DNA from: Candidatus Mediterraneibacter tabaqchaliae
GTDB taxonomy: Bacteria; Bacillota; Clostridia; Lachnospirales; Lachnospiraceae
Length of the DNA: 56,586 bases
Assembly: GCA_019120595.1 (NCBI GenBank)
Contig: DWUV01000073.1
Coordinates: 1 to 56,586 of the forward strand
Direction of reading: 5' to 3'
Notes under the pieces: model-generated
The model's database searches: none
What the model was told of the DNA's origin: nothing
Seen by the model: only the letters and a program-made list of their open reading frames with translations
Made by a program: the position numbers and the translations under genes
Part shown: positions 47,691-56,547 of the stretch, piece by piece
Layout of the letters: every line of letters starts with the position of its first letter
Position numbering within the stretch: position 1 is the stretch's first letter

Positions 47691-47785
47691 ACAGTTACAG
47701 GTGGACAGCAGCTGGCGGGTCGGTATAGAATTTTTGGGAAATGCATAAACTTGACTTTGCCTGGAGCATATGCTATATTCAGTAC

Positions 47786-47867
47786 AGGCAAAAAGATATA
47801 AGAGTTCTAACAGGAACGGCGAGAACCCCCGGAGGTGCGATCTCCGGGGGTTCTCTATTCCATTTTT
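47786..47867 (+). ncRNA. Putative type I antitoxin RNA (par RNA II-like)
   Basis: Promoter TTGACT-N17-TATATT with TG (47751-47779); 47791-47817 is a near-copy of 47966-47993, hence antisense to the toxin start region; ends in the 47821-47855 stem. Confidence 0.7.
47821..47855. terminator. Hairpin shared by the convergent toxin and antitoxin transcripts
   Basis: Perfect 14-bp stem GAGAACCCCCGGAG-N7-CTCCGGGGGTTCTC. Confidence 0.75.
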
Positions 47868-47899
47868 GCGGGTGGATTAAGCCCGAGGTTAGTTACCGA

Positions 47900-47986
47900 C
47901 TATTCATCGCTGTCTAACCATTTGATGATGTAGTGGCAGGCTACACCAGCCATGACAGCGATAAGAAAAGATATAAGAATTTCCAA
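47900..47986 (-). CDS. 28-aa Fst/Ldr-like type I toxin (MEILISFLIAVMAGVACHYIIKWLDSDE)
   Basis: TTG start after AGGAAGGGGGTG; hydrophobic helix then KWLD and charged tail; TG-n-TATACT promoter at 48042-48034; below the ORF-track size cut-off. Confidence 0.75.
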   Translation of the reverse strand: MEILISFLIAVMAGVACHYIIKWLDSDE

Positions 47987-48078
47987 CAGAAACACCCCCT
48001 TCCTGATACCAGTATAGGGGCGGCAACTTCTTCAGTATATCATACATCTCCGTAGCACGAAAGTACGTTATTTTCCTA

Positions 48079-49284
48079 TTATTGCTTTAATTCCAGAGCC
48101 TTTAATTCCAGAGTACGGCGGATGATCTCTTCCACAGCCTCAGCGCCGATGCCTGTGTCAATTGTAAGGTCGTAGTTCCCGGAATGTCCCCAGATCCGTC
48201 TTGTATAGTAATGGTAATTATCCGAACACCTGCGGTCCATCCGGTGCACTTTCCGGCGGGCGTCCTCTTCCGACAGATCTTCCGTATCCATGATCCGCTT
48301 TACACGGAAATCTTCCGGCGCGTGGAGATAGACCTTTAAGCAGTCTTGCCGGTCACGTAGAAAATAATCCGCGCATCTGCCGAGGATGACGCAGTTTCCC
48401 TGATCCGCAAGCCTGCGGATGACTTCCCCCTCGGATTCGAAAATGGCGTCCCTGGGAGCTTCCTGCGTATCCGAGTAGATGTACATCTGGTTTACAAGGT
48501 CGTAGAGGAAACTGTTTGTCATATTTTCTTCATGCTCCTGCACGAATTTAGGAGTGTATCCCGTGGAGCCGGCGGTCATCTGTATGATCTCATTGTCATA
48601 GAAGGCAAAACCCAGTTTCCCGGCAAGTGATTTCCCGATATCGTGTCCGCCGCTTCCGTACTGACGTCCGATCACGATGACCTTGTACGGAGCCGGAGCT
48701 TTATCATCTGCCGAAACCGAAGAGCCATCTGAAACTGAAGTACCCTCCGAAACCGAAGCTGCGGCAGTTTGTCCATCACTGCTTTTCTCATTTGTGCGGA
48801 AGAGAAGAGACCCGAGAAAGGCGAGTCTGCGTCCGAACAGCCGGGCGATGAAACCGACGAGCAGAGCGGCGATAATAGTTCCTTCTCTGACCCCGTCCAG
48901 GCGATGGGAAAAAATCAGGGAAAGGACCGCAGCGATGACGGTCAGCGACACGTCAAAAGCAACCTTTGTGGATCCGAATTCCGTCTTCCATGTAGAAGAT
49001 ACAGCGCGGACGAACGATTCCCCGGGGAGCATCGCCACATCGGCGAGGACTTCTGTGTATACGCCGAATCCCAGGATCACGCACCCGATCAGCAGATGGA
49101 TGACAGAAGAAAGATAGGTCTGCGGATCCACAAAAAAGAGTATGACCATAGTCAGGTCGATGAAATATCCGAACAGGATGGAGATCGGGGATGTGCCCAG
49201 ATCCGCCTTAGTGATCAGGCTGACGCCCAGTGAATTGATGAAAAGCCCGATCAGAAATACAATGTATCGTTTTAGTTTTTCCAT
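48079..49284 (-). CDS. YczE/DUF6198-like membrane protein fused to cytidylate-kinase-like domain (apparent internal in-frame deletion)
   Basis: Start MEKLKRYIVF; LGTSPIS, PGESFV, GVREGTIIAALLVG; C-terminal IGRQYGSGG, VILGRCADY, YDLTIDT. Confidence 0.8.
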   Translation of the reverse strand: MEKLKRYIVFLIGLFINSLGVSLITKADLGTSPISILFGYFIDLTMVILFFVDPQTYLSSVIHLLIGCVILGFGVYTEVLADVAMLPGESFVRAVSSTWKTEFGSTKVAFDVSLTVIAAVLSLIFSHRLDGVREGTIIAALLVGFIARLFGRRLAFLGSLLFRTNEKSSDGQTAAASVSEGTSVSDGSSVSADDKAPAPYKVIVIGRQYGSGGHDIGKSLAGKLGFAFYDNEIIQMTAGSTGYTPKFVQEHEENMTNSFLYDLVNQMYIYSDTQEAPRDAIFESEGEVIRRLADQGNCVILGRCADYFLRDRQDCLKVYLHAPEDFRVKRIMDTEDLSEEDARRKVHRMDRRCSDNYHYYTRRIWGHSGNYDLTIDTGIGAEAVEEIIRRTLELKALELKQ

Positions 49285-49291
49285 ATTTGGA

Positions 49292-49717
49292 TCAATCCTT
49301 TCTTGAAGAGATATTCTCATAGATCCGCAGCATCAGATCCATGAATAATTCCCGCTCTGTTTCGGAAATGCCGCGGAATGCTTCTTCCTCCATCCCGGAG
49401 AATGCTTCTGTCACCAGCTTAAGCTGTTCTTTCCCTTTTTCAGTCAGAAAAACATAAAGGCTGCGGCGGTTCCCGTTCAGCATGCGCCGCTCCACAAGTC
49501 CGGCGTCTTCCATGCGATTCAGGATCGTGGTGAGCGTGCCCGGTTCGATGTGGCATCCCCGGGCAATTTCTTTCTGCCCGGCGCCGTTGTGATCCTTCAG
49601 GTAGTCAAGCACCTTTGGCTGCCCGATCGTCAGACCGGTGTCTTTCAGCCGGGTGAGAAGTTCCTTCTGAAATATAGAATGTTCTGCCATGATCAGATAG
49701 TGAAATGAATGGGACAT
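49292..49717 (-). CDS. MarR family transcriptional regulator
   Basis: LTIGQPKVLDYL, QKEIA, TLTTILNRME..GLVER, NRRS..V.LTEKG. Confidence 0.93.
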   Translation of the reverse strand: MSHSFHYLIMAEHSIFQKELLTRLKDTGLTIGQPKVLDYLKDHNGAGQKEIARGCHIEPGTLTTILNRMEDAGLVERRMLNGNRRSLYVFLTEKGKEQLKLVTEAFSGMEEEAFRGISETERELFMDLMLRIYENISSRKD

Positions 49718-49771
49718 CGTGTCATCTCCTTTGCGGCAGCGTCCGTGGCTGCGGATTAAATCTTGATAAAA

Positions 49772-49834
49772 TTAGAATTCAAATAATTTGAATTCAAACA
49801 ATAAGATTATAGAAGCGGCGCGGGAAGATGTCAA
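49772..49834 (-). promoter_or_regulatory. Consensus sigma-A promoter of marR with tandem GAATTC-centred palindromes
   Basis: TTGACA (49834-49829)-N17-TATAAT (49811-49806); TTAGAATTCAAA and TTTGAATTCAAA just downstream of the predicted start. Confidence 0.75.
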
Positions 49835-49914
49835 GAAGAATCCTGATGAAATTCAGTGCAGGAAAATCAGTGACATCGGATGCCGGGTCTGGCATAATGG
49901 GAGCAGGAGGAGAA

Positions 49915-50451
49915 ATGCTCATGGATACGATCATCATTTACGGAAGCTGTTACGGGACAACGAAAATTTACGCAGAAGCTCTGGCAGAGCGGATGGGACT
50001 GCATGCAGTGCCTTATGACAGGGCAGGAAATCTGGGCGGATATCAGAAGATCATTTATCTGGGCGGACTCTATGCGGGCGGTGTTAAGGGGCTGGCAAAG
50101 GCAGTAAAGAAGGTTGATCCCACGGTCTGCCGGCGGCTTGCCGTGATCACAGTAGGGCTGGCTGATCCGGAGGATGAAAAAAATGTAAGAAATATCAGGA
50201 CGTCCGCAGGGAAGCAGATACCGAAAGCAATGAGGGAAAAGACGGAATTCTATCATTTAAGAGGCGGGATCGATTACGCGCGGCTGAATTTCATGCACCG
50301 GATCATGATGAAACTGCTCTACGATCAGGTGAAAAAGAAGCCCCTGGAGGATCAGGATGCAGAGACAAGAGCCATGATCGAGACTTATGGGAAGAAAGTG
50401 GATTTTGTGGATCTGGGGCGGCTGGATGATTTGGTTAAAGCGCTGGGATGA
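49915..50451 (+). CDS. Flavodoxin domain protein (HemG-like)
   Basis: IIYGSCYGTTKIYAE, GGLYAGG, LRGGIDY..L; AGGAGG RBS; start 49915 or 49921. Confidence 0.85.
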   Translation: MLMDTIIIYGSCYGTTKIYAEALAERMGLHAVPYDRAGNLGGYQKIIYLGGLYAGGVKGLAKAVKKVDPTVCRRLAVITVGLADPEDEKNVRNIRTSAGKQIPKAMREKTEFYHLRGGIDYARLNFMHRIMMKLLYDQVKKKPLEDQDAETRAMIETYGKKVDFVDLGRLDDLVKALG

Positions 50452-50526
50452 AAGCGGATCAATAAGGATCGGATCAATAATCTCAGGAATCGGGAGGGAT
50501 TTCCTGAAGCGGGAAGGGGGCTTCGT

Positions 50527-50760
50527 ATGTTTTTTAAAAGAGAGGTTCTGCTCACTTGGGATCTGAATGAGTATCAACGAACAAAGAGTCTGCTGGCGGA
50601 TCACCAGATCGAATATACCACCAGATCCAACCCGGTTACAAATCCGGGGCGGTATCACGGCGTTCCGTCTATAAATGCATCAGCGGCATATGAGTATCAT
50701 GTCTATGTGGCGGGGAAGGATTATGACAGGGCGATGAGGATTCTGCAGGGCGAAAACTGA
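50527..50760 (+). CDS. Small hypothetical protein (DUF2007-like)
   Basis: RBS AAGGGGG; L..HQIEY and Y.VYV...DYDRA pattern. Confidence 0.6.
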   Translation: MFFKREVLLTWDLNEYQRTKSLLADHQIEYTTRSNPVTNPGRYHGVPSINASAAYEYHVYVAGKDYDRAMRILQGEN

Positions 50761-50800
50761 AGCAGAATATATTATAAATGCGTGGCTGGAGGAAAGTTAA

Positions 50801-51403
50801 ATGGCTGTTAATATTGTATTGGCAAATGGAAAAGAGTACTGCATCCTGAAACTTCTCGGCAGGGGAAAGGGCGGCTATTCCTATCTTGCTGAGAGAGACG
50901 GCAGAAGAGTGGTGCTCAAACAGATCCACCATGAACCCTGCGACTATTATCAGTTTGGAAATAAAATCGAGGCAGAGATCCGGGATTATGACCGCCTGAA
51001 AAGGATTGGTATTCCGCTTCCCAAGATGCTGGACGTTGACAAAGACAATGAACGGATCATTAAAGAGTATATAGACGGAGATACGGTTTACCAAATGGTC
51101 CTGGAGGACAGGCTTCCGGAAACCTGCCTGGAGCAGGTAAAAGCAATGTGCGGTCCGCTTTATGCCGCGAATACAAATATCGACTATTTCCCCACAAATT
51201 TTATCCTGCAGGACGGCACGCTGTATTATGTGGATTATGAGTGCAATGAGTATATGGAGGAATGGAATTTTGAAAACTGGGGAGTGAGATACTGGTCCAA
51301 AACACCGGAATTCCTTAAAGATGCTGAGGAACGTTGCTTAGTCGAAGAAGAGGAGGGCGGTCTGTGCAGGATGTATGTCCACAGAGAAAATGAAAGAAAA
51401 TAA
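50801..51403 (+). CDS. Minimal protein-kinase-like fold protein
   Basis: LLGRGKGGYSY glycine loop, VVLK, KEYIDG, IDYFPTNF, YVDYE. Confidence 0.7.
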   Translation: MAVNIVLANGKEYCILKLLGRGKGGYSYLAERDGRRVVLKQIHHEPCDYYQFGNKIEAEIRDYDRLKRIGIPLPKMLDVDKDNERIIKEYIDGDTVYQMVLEDRLPETCLEQVKAMCGPLYAANTNIDYFPTNFILQDGTLYYVDYECNEYMEEWNFENWGVRYWSKTPEFLKDAEERCLVEEEEGGLCRMYVHRENERK

Positions 51404-51455
51404 GCGGTAAAAACATAGATTGATATAAGAAAATAACCTGGAGGCTGAAGGCAGC

Positions 51456-51986
51456 ATGAGAAAAGTCATACTATATATTGCCATGAGTTTGGACGGATAC
51501 ATTGCAGATGAAAACGGCGGAGTTGGCTGGCTGAGCGGGCAGGATCCTGAAGGCGAAAGCGAGGGCTCTTATCCCGAGTTTGTCCGGGGGATCGATACGG
51601 TCGTCATGGGCTGGAAGACCTATCACCAGGTGATGACAGAACTTTCTCCGAACGAATGGGTTTATGGAGATCTGATGGCTTATGTGATCACGCACCGCGA
51701 AGAAACGTCTTCTGAGAAAATCAGATTTGTTCATGAAGCGCCTTCAGATTTGATTCAGAATCTGAAAGAGACGAAGGGAAAAGATATCTGGATCTGCGGC
51801 GGCGCAAGTATTGCCCGGCAGCTGATGCAGGAGGGCATGATCGACAGGTTCTATATTTCGGTTATTCCCGTTCTTCTGGGAGCAGGCGTCAGACTGTTCG
51901 GTGAGCTTCCGGAGGAGCTGGAATTAAGACTTATGGAGACAAGAAGTTACAATGGGATTGTGGAACTCAGATACGAAAAGCGTTAA
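51456..51986 (+). CDS. Dihydrofolate reductase family (RibD C-terminal) protein
   Basis: IAMSLDGYIAD, VMGWKTY, IWICGGA, PVLLGAG.RLF. Confidence 0.9.
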   Translation: MRKVILYIAMSLDGYIADENGGVGWLSGQDPEGESEGSYPEFVRGIDTVVMGWKTYHQVMTELSPNEWVYGDLMAYVITHREETSSEKIRFVHEAPSDLIQNLKETKGKDIWICGGASIARQLMQEGMIDRFYISVIPVLLGAGVRLFGELPEELELRLMETRSYNGIVELRYEKR

Positions 51987-52043
51987 AATATGAATGAAAT
52001 AAAGGCACTGCAGGGAGCAGGCTGAAAATAGTGGAGGATAGGA

Positions 52044-52652
52044 ATGGAAATAGATCTGAGCAAATTCAAATGGACAAGGGAACCGGCAAGCTGCACTATC
52101 AATGACAGAGCGATAGAGATCGTGACAAAGCCACACACAGACCTGTGGCAGAGGACTTACTATCACTTCCGCAATGACAATGCTCCGGTATTTCAGATGG
52201 AGACAGAGGAAAAGTATTTCAGCTTTATCGTAAAGACAGATTTCCGGGAAAGCCATCACAGGTTTGACCAGTGCGGCATCGTGATGTACCTGGACAGCGA
52301 GAACTGGCTGAAGGGGTCAGTGGAGTATGAAAATGAAGAATATCAGCATCTGGGAAGCGTTGTCACGGATCAGGGCTATTCGGACTGGGCGACCACGGTG
52401 ATAGACGCCTCGGTAAAATCCATGTGGTACCGCTTCAGCCGGAGAGAGGATGACTACTGTATTGAGTGTTCTTCGGACGGGATCCGTTTTCAGCAGATGC
52501 GGATCTGCCACATGCAGAAGGGGGACGGGAAGATCCGGTTCGGCATCTACGCCTGCTCGCCGGAGGATTCTTCATTTAAGGCAGTGTTTTCTGATATGAA
52601 ACTGACAGAGTGCCAGTGGAAGGCGCATGACGGGCAGCAGCCGGGTGAGTAA
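52044..52652 (+). CDS. DUF1349 domain protein
   Basis: TDLWQRTYYHFRNDNAP, FDQCG, WLKGSVE, SVVT..GYSDW, GIYACSP. Confidence 0.85.
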   Translation: MEIDLSKFKWTREPASCTINDRAIEIVTKPHTDLWQRTYYHFRNDNAPVFQMETEEKYFSFIVKTDFRESHHRFDQCGIVMYLDSENWLKGSVEYENEEYQHLGSVVTDQGYSDWATTVIDASVKSMWYRFSRREDDYCIECSSDGIRFQQMRICHMQKGDGKIRFGIYACSPEDSSFKAVFSDMKLTECQWKAHDGQQPGE

Positions 52653-52675
52653 GAATGTCAAAAGGAGATAAATAA

Positions 52676-53008
52676 ATGATCATCGAAGGAAACCAGAAAG
52701 AGCTTGACGCAATGAAAGAATTCCACAAAGGAAACCGGCAGGAGGGATTGAGGCTTCAGGAGGAATTTGCCGCTGCGTTCCGCGAGGAATACAAGGACAA
52801 AGATCACTGTCCCTGCCAGAAAGCCTGCCGTTATCACGGCAACTGCAAGGAGTGCGTGGCGATCCACCGCGCGCATCAGGAGCATGTCCCCAACTGTATG
52901 AGACCTCTTCTCAACAAGAAGATTAAACTCCTGTCCGAGCTGACAGAGCATTCTATTGCTAATGAAATCGAGCCTCCGAAAGAGGTTCTTCGGAAAGAAT
53001 TTCAATAA
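52676..53008 (+). CDS. Hypothetical Cys/His-rich (probably metal-binding) protein
   Basis: HCPCQKACRYHGNCKECVAIHR..HVPNC; AAGGAG RBS. Confidence 0.7.
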   Translation: MIIEGNQKELDAMKEFHKGNRQEGLRLQEEFAAAFREEYKDKDHCPCQKACRYHGNCKECVAIHRAHQEHVPNCMRPLLNKKIKLLSELTEHSIANEIEPPKEVLRKEFQ

Positions 53009-53029
53009 GAAGGATGGAGAGACAAGATT

Positions 53030-53196
53030 ATGATCATTCCCTGTCACCATGAGTATCCTATCAGACGGAGTATATCAGGCGGAACCTGGAAGATGCCGCC
53101 GCGCTGAAATGCGGGAAGCTGCGGGGAGAGAAGCACCCGTACCTGCCGTGCCGGTCTTATAAGGGGAAGTGGACAGCGTTCTATTATGATAAATAA
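53030..53196 (+). pseudogene. Possible gene remnant
   Basis: RBS-preceded ATG at 53030 closes after 25 codons; another frame reads QTEYIRRNLED...WTAFYYDK* to 53196. Confidence 0.3.
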
Positions 53197-53252
53197 CAAT
53201 CAAAGCGGAAAAGAATAAGTACAGGAAATTTTGAACAGGGGGCTTTGGGCTT

Positions 53253-53867
53253 ATGAAAAAAATATTGCTGGTATCTATGTTGTGTAATGTGACTGATCTG
53301 CTGAAAAAGGCAGAGCCGGATCTGAATGGAAAAACAGTGACCTACATCCCAACTGCGGCGATCGCGGAAGAGATTGAGGGCATGGCGGAAGCGGAGACGA
53401 GGATGTTGGAGGATCTGGGACTGACTGTCGACGAGCTGGAAGTCTCAGTTGCTTCCGAAGAAACTGTCAGGGAAAAGATGACCAAGAATGACATGATCTT
53501 TGTGGGAGGCGGGAACACATTTTTCCTTCTACAGGAGCTGAAGCGCTCAGGCGCGGATCAGATCATTGCCCGGGAAGCAGCAAAAGGGAAGCTCTATATC
53601 GGCGAGTCTGCCGGGGCGATCGCTGCCTGCCCGGATATCGGATATTCTGCGGAGATGGATGAGCCCGGAAAGGCGCCGGAGCTGACAGATTATACGGGAA
53701 TGGGGCTGGTGGATTTCTATGTGGTCCCGCATCTGGGACACCCGGATATGGGCCCGGCTGCAAAGGCGATCATTGAAATATATTCTTCAAAGCTGGACTT
53801 AAAGGTCATCGATGATCACCAGGCGATACTGATCGAGGGAGATAAGGTGAGTATACTGCAGGGATAA
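53253..53867 (+). CDS. Peptidase E / S51 family (type 1 glutamine amidotransferase-like)
   Basis: YIPTA, FVGGGNTFFLL, YIGESAGA, VVPH. Confidence 0.9.
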   Translation: MKKILLVSMLCNVTDLLKKAEPDLNGKTVTYIPTAAIAEEIEGMAEAETRMLEDLGLTVDELEVSVASEETVREKMTKNDMIFVGGGNTFFLLQELKRSGADQIIAREAAKGKLYIGESAGAIAACPDIGYSAEMDEPGKAPELTDYTGMGLVDFYVVPHLGHPDMGPAAKAIIEIYSSKLDLKVIDDHQAILIEGDKVSILQG

Positions 53868-53884
53868 TGTGTACAGGAAGAATT

Positions 53885-54379
53885 ATGGAAATCAGGAAAG
53901 TAGAAACAGACAAAAAAGAATACCTGCCCCTGCTTCTTCTGGCGGACGAGCAGGAGGATATGATCGAACAATATCTTGAGAGAGGGGTTATGTACGTCCT
54001 GGAGGATGGCGGCATGAAGGCAGTGTGCGTTGTGACGGATGAGGGAAACGGTTCCCTGGAGATCAAAAATCTGGCAGTCATCCCGGAATCTCAGAGGAAG
54101 GGATACGGCAGACGCATGGTCCGGTTTGTGGCAGATTCATACAGAGGCCGCTTTAAGGTTCTGTACGTGGGAACAGGGGACAGCCCTGCCACAGTACCGT
54201 TTTATGAGAAATGCGGGTTCCGCAGGTCTCATGTGATCCGAAATTTTTTTACAGATCACTACGATCATCCGATCTATGAGTGCGGCAGACAGCTTGTCGA
54301 TATGGTTTATCTGAAAATGGAACTGCAGGATAGCGTTCCGGTTTATGAAGATCAGACGGAAATAACCCGTGAAATGTAA
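53885..54379 (+). CDS. GNAT family N-acetyltransferase
   Basis: LLLLADEQ, EIKNLAV.PESQRKGYG, VGTGDSP...FYEKCGF; start could be 53867. Confidence 0.9.
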   Translation: MEIRKVETDKKEYLPLLLLADEQEDMIEQYLERGVMYVLEDGGMKAVCVVTDEGNGSLEIKNLAVIPESQRKGYGRRMVRFVADSYRGRFKVLYVGTGDSPATVPFYEKCGFRRSHVIRNFFTDHYDHPIYECGRQLVDMVYLKMELQDSVPVYEDQTEITREM

Positions 54380-54475
54380 AAAATGTGAAAAGAAACCGAA
54401 TTCCCAATGCAGGAAATACTTTCGTGTGCTACAATAAGCAGGAAAGAAGTAAAGCGCTTACAGGAGGAAAGAATC

Positions 54476-55900
54476 ATGCGGAAAACAAAGATCATATGTA
54501 CGCTGGGACCGTCTACTGACAAGGGAGATGTAATGGAAACCCTGGTCAGGGAAGGCATGGATGTGGCACGTTTTAACTTTTCGCACGGCACACACCCGGA
54601 GCAGAAGGAGCGTCTTGATAAATTAAAGGAGATCAGGGAGCGCCAGGGCAAATATGTGGCGGCGCTCCTGGATACAAAAGGTCCGGAGATCCGTATCAAA
54701 ACATTCGCAGACGGGAAGATCGAGCTGGAGGAAGGGCAGGTATTTACCCTCACTCCTGACGACATCGAAGGAACGCAGGAAAGGGTGTCTGTCACTTATG
54801 AAGACCTCTATAAGGACGTAAAACCGGGCGACAGTGTCCTTATAGATGACGGACTGATCGGACTTGAGGTCGTGAGCATCGAAGGGAAGGATGTGAACTG
54901 TATCGTAAAGAACGGCGGTACGGTTTCGAACCGAAAAGGGATCAACCTTCCGGGAAATGATGTGAGCATGCCGTTTATCAGTGAAAAGGACAGGGAGGAT
55001 ATCCTGTTCGGCATCAGGGAAGGTTTTGACTTTATCGCGGCTTCATTTACAAGGACAGCGGATGATGTGGAAGAGATCAGGAAGCTCCTGCGCGAGAATG
55101 GCGGTGAGCAGATCAATATCATCGCGAAGATAGAGAACCAGCAGGGCGTCAACAATATTGACAGCATTATCGAGGCGGCGGACGGGATCATGGTCGCCCG
55201 CGGCGATATGGGAGTGGAGATCCCGCTGGAAGAGGTGCCGGTGATCCAGAAGAAGATCATCACAAAGGTGTACAATGCGGGCAAGCAGGTGATCACAGCC
55301 ACGCAGATGCTGGACTCCATGATGAAGAACCCGCGGCCGACCCGCGCAGAGACGACGGATGTGGCCAATGCGATCTATCAGGGGACAAGCGCGATCATGC
55401 TGTCCGGCGAGACGGCGGCAGGAAAATATCCGGTAGAAGCGCTCCGCACGATGGTAAAGATCGCAGTAAGGACAGAAAGTGATATCCCGTACAATCAGCT
55501 TTTCAGTGTGCGTCAGAAAGAAGAAAAGCCGGATATGACTACCGCGATCTCCCATGCAACCTGCATGACTGCGATCGATCTGGACGCAAAGGCGATCATC
55601 ACGGTCAGCAAGTCCGGGCACACGGCGAGGATGATCTCAAAGTACAGGCCGGGCTGCCAGATCGTGGGCTGCTCGCCGGATGAGTGTACATGCCGTCAGC
55701 TCAACATGTCCTGGGGAGTGTCCCCGGTCCATATCCGCGAGGAGTACAGCATGGAGATCCTCTTCCTGCACGCGACAGAAGCGGCAGAGAGGGAAGGCTA
55801 TGTCGAGGAAGGTGACGTGGTCGTGCTCACGGCAGGCGTCCCACTCGGACGTCCGGGAAATACGAACCTGATCAAGACCACAGTGGTCGGAGAGTATTAA
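54476..55900 (+). CDS. pyk: Pyruvate kinase
   Basis: MRKTKIICTLGP after AGGAGG; ARFNFSHG, LDTKGPEIR, IAKIEN, MVARGDMGVE, ATQMLDSM, MLSGETA. Confidence 0.97.
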   Translation: MRKTKIICTLGPSTDKGDVMETLVREGMDVARFNFSHGTHPEQKERLDKLKEIRERQGKYVAALLDTKGPEIRIKTFADGKIELEEGQVFTLTPDDIEGTQERVSVTYEDLYKDVKPGDSVLIDDGLIGLEVVSIEGKDVNCIVKNGGTVSNRKGINLPGNDVSMPFISEKDREDILFGIREGFDFIAASFTRTADDVEEIRKLLRENGGEQINIIAKIENQQGVNNIDSIIEAADGIMVARGDMGVEIPLEEVPVIQKKIITKVYNAGKQVITATQMLDSMMKNPRPTRAETTDVANAIYQGTSAIMLSGETAAGKYPVEALRTMVKIAVRTESDIPYNQLFSVRQKEEKPDMTTAISHATCMTAIDLDAKAIITVSKSGHTARMISKYRPGCQIVGCSPDECTCRQLNMSWGVSPVHIREEYSMEILFLHATEAAEREGYVEEGDVVVLTAGVPLGRPGNTNLIKTTVVGEY

Positions 55901-55941
55901 ACAAAAAAAGCAGGTTAAAGGCTGTGCAATACGATATAAAA

Positions 55942-55990
55942 GCCGTCCCGGCAGTGTGATGGTCACACCACCGGGGCGGCAGTCTTTTTC
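55942..55990. terminator. Terminator between convergent pyk and uma2-like genes
   Basis: GCCGTCCCGG...CCGGGGCGGC followed by T-rich tract. Confidence 0.65.
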
Positions 55991-56010
55991 TTTAGACAGT
56001 CTTTTTTCTT

Positions 56011-56547
56011 TTAGATATTTATCGAGCTGAAGTCGATCTGCAGATCATCATAGATCCCGGCTTTGACAGCCTCTGAGAACGCATATTCTGCAGTGTCATC
56101 GGATTCGAACGAATAAACCGTGATCCGGCTTTTCTCCGGATCGACGATCCAGTACTCCCGGACCCCGGCAGTGCGGTATTTGAACAGCTTCGTGTAGTAG
56201 TCCATCCGCCGGCTGCCCGGTGAGACGATCTCAATGACCCAGTCCGGCGCGCCTGCACAGCCTTTGTCTGTGAGTCTGGCGGCATTGCATATGACACTGA
56301 TATCCGGCTCCACATAATTCCTGTCATCTGCATTCAGAAATACGGCAAATGGAGCGATGTCTACCTCGCAGGAGCCGCCTTTTCTGTCAATATAGTCAGC
56401 AATCTTGCGATAAAGAGCACCAAGTATCTGCTGGTGTCTCCGCGTGGGCGGCGCCATCATATACATCTGGCCGTCGATCAGCTCTGCCCGCTGTCCATCC
56501 GGCAGGGCATAAATATCATCAATGGCTTTCTTGATATATCCGTTCAC
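56011..56547 (-). CDS. Uma2 (DUF820) family putative endonuclease; frame stays open to the window edge
   Basis: ELIDGQMYMMAPP...HQ, VEPDISVIC, GAPDWVIEIVSP, KLFKY..AGVREYWIVDP. Confidence 0.88.
   Translation of the reverse strand: MNGYIKKAIDDIYALPDGQRAELIDGQMYMMAPPTRRHQQILGALYRKIADYIDRKGGSCEVDIAPFAVFLNADDRNYVEPDISVICNAARLTDKGCAGAPDWVIEIVSPGSRRMDYYTKLFKYRTAGVREYWIVDPEKSRITVYSFESDDTAEYAFSEAVKAGIYDDLQIDFSSINI

Noticed and set aside
49915-54379. Integron-like cassette array
   Set aside because: No attC-like palindromes, shared spacer motif or integrase in the window.
1202-55621. Many long antisense or alternate-frame ORFs (e.g. 1202-2038, 11582-12460, 16157-17020, 26211-27449, 35643-36752, 40998-42119, 45576-46532)
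   Set aside because: They shadow well-supported genes, lack RBSs and family motifs, and are expected from GC-rich codon bias.
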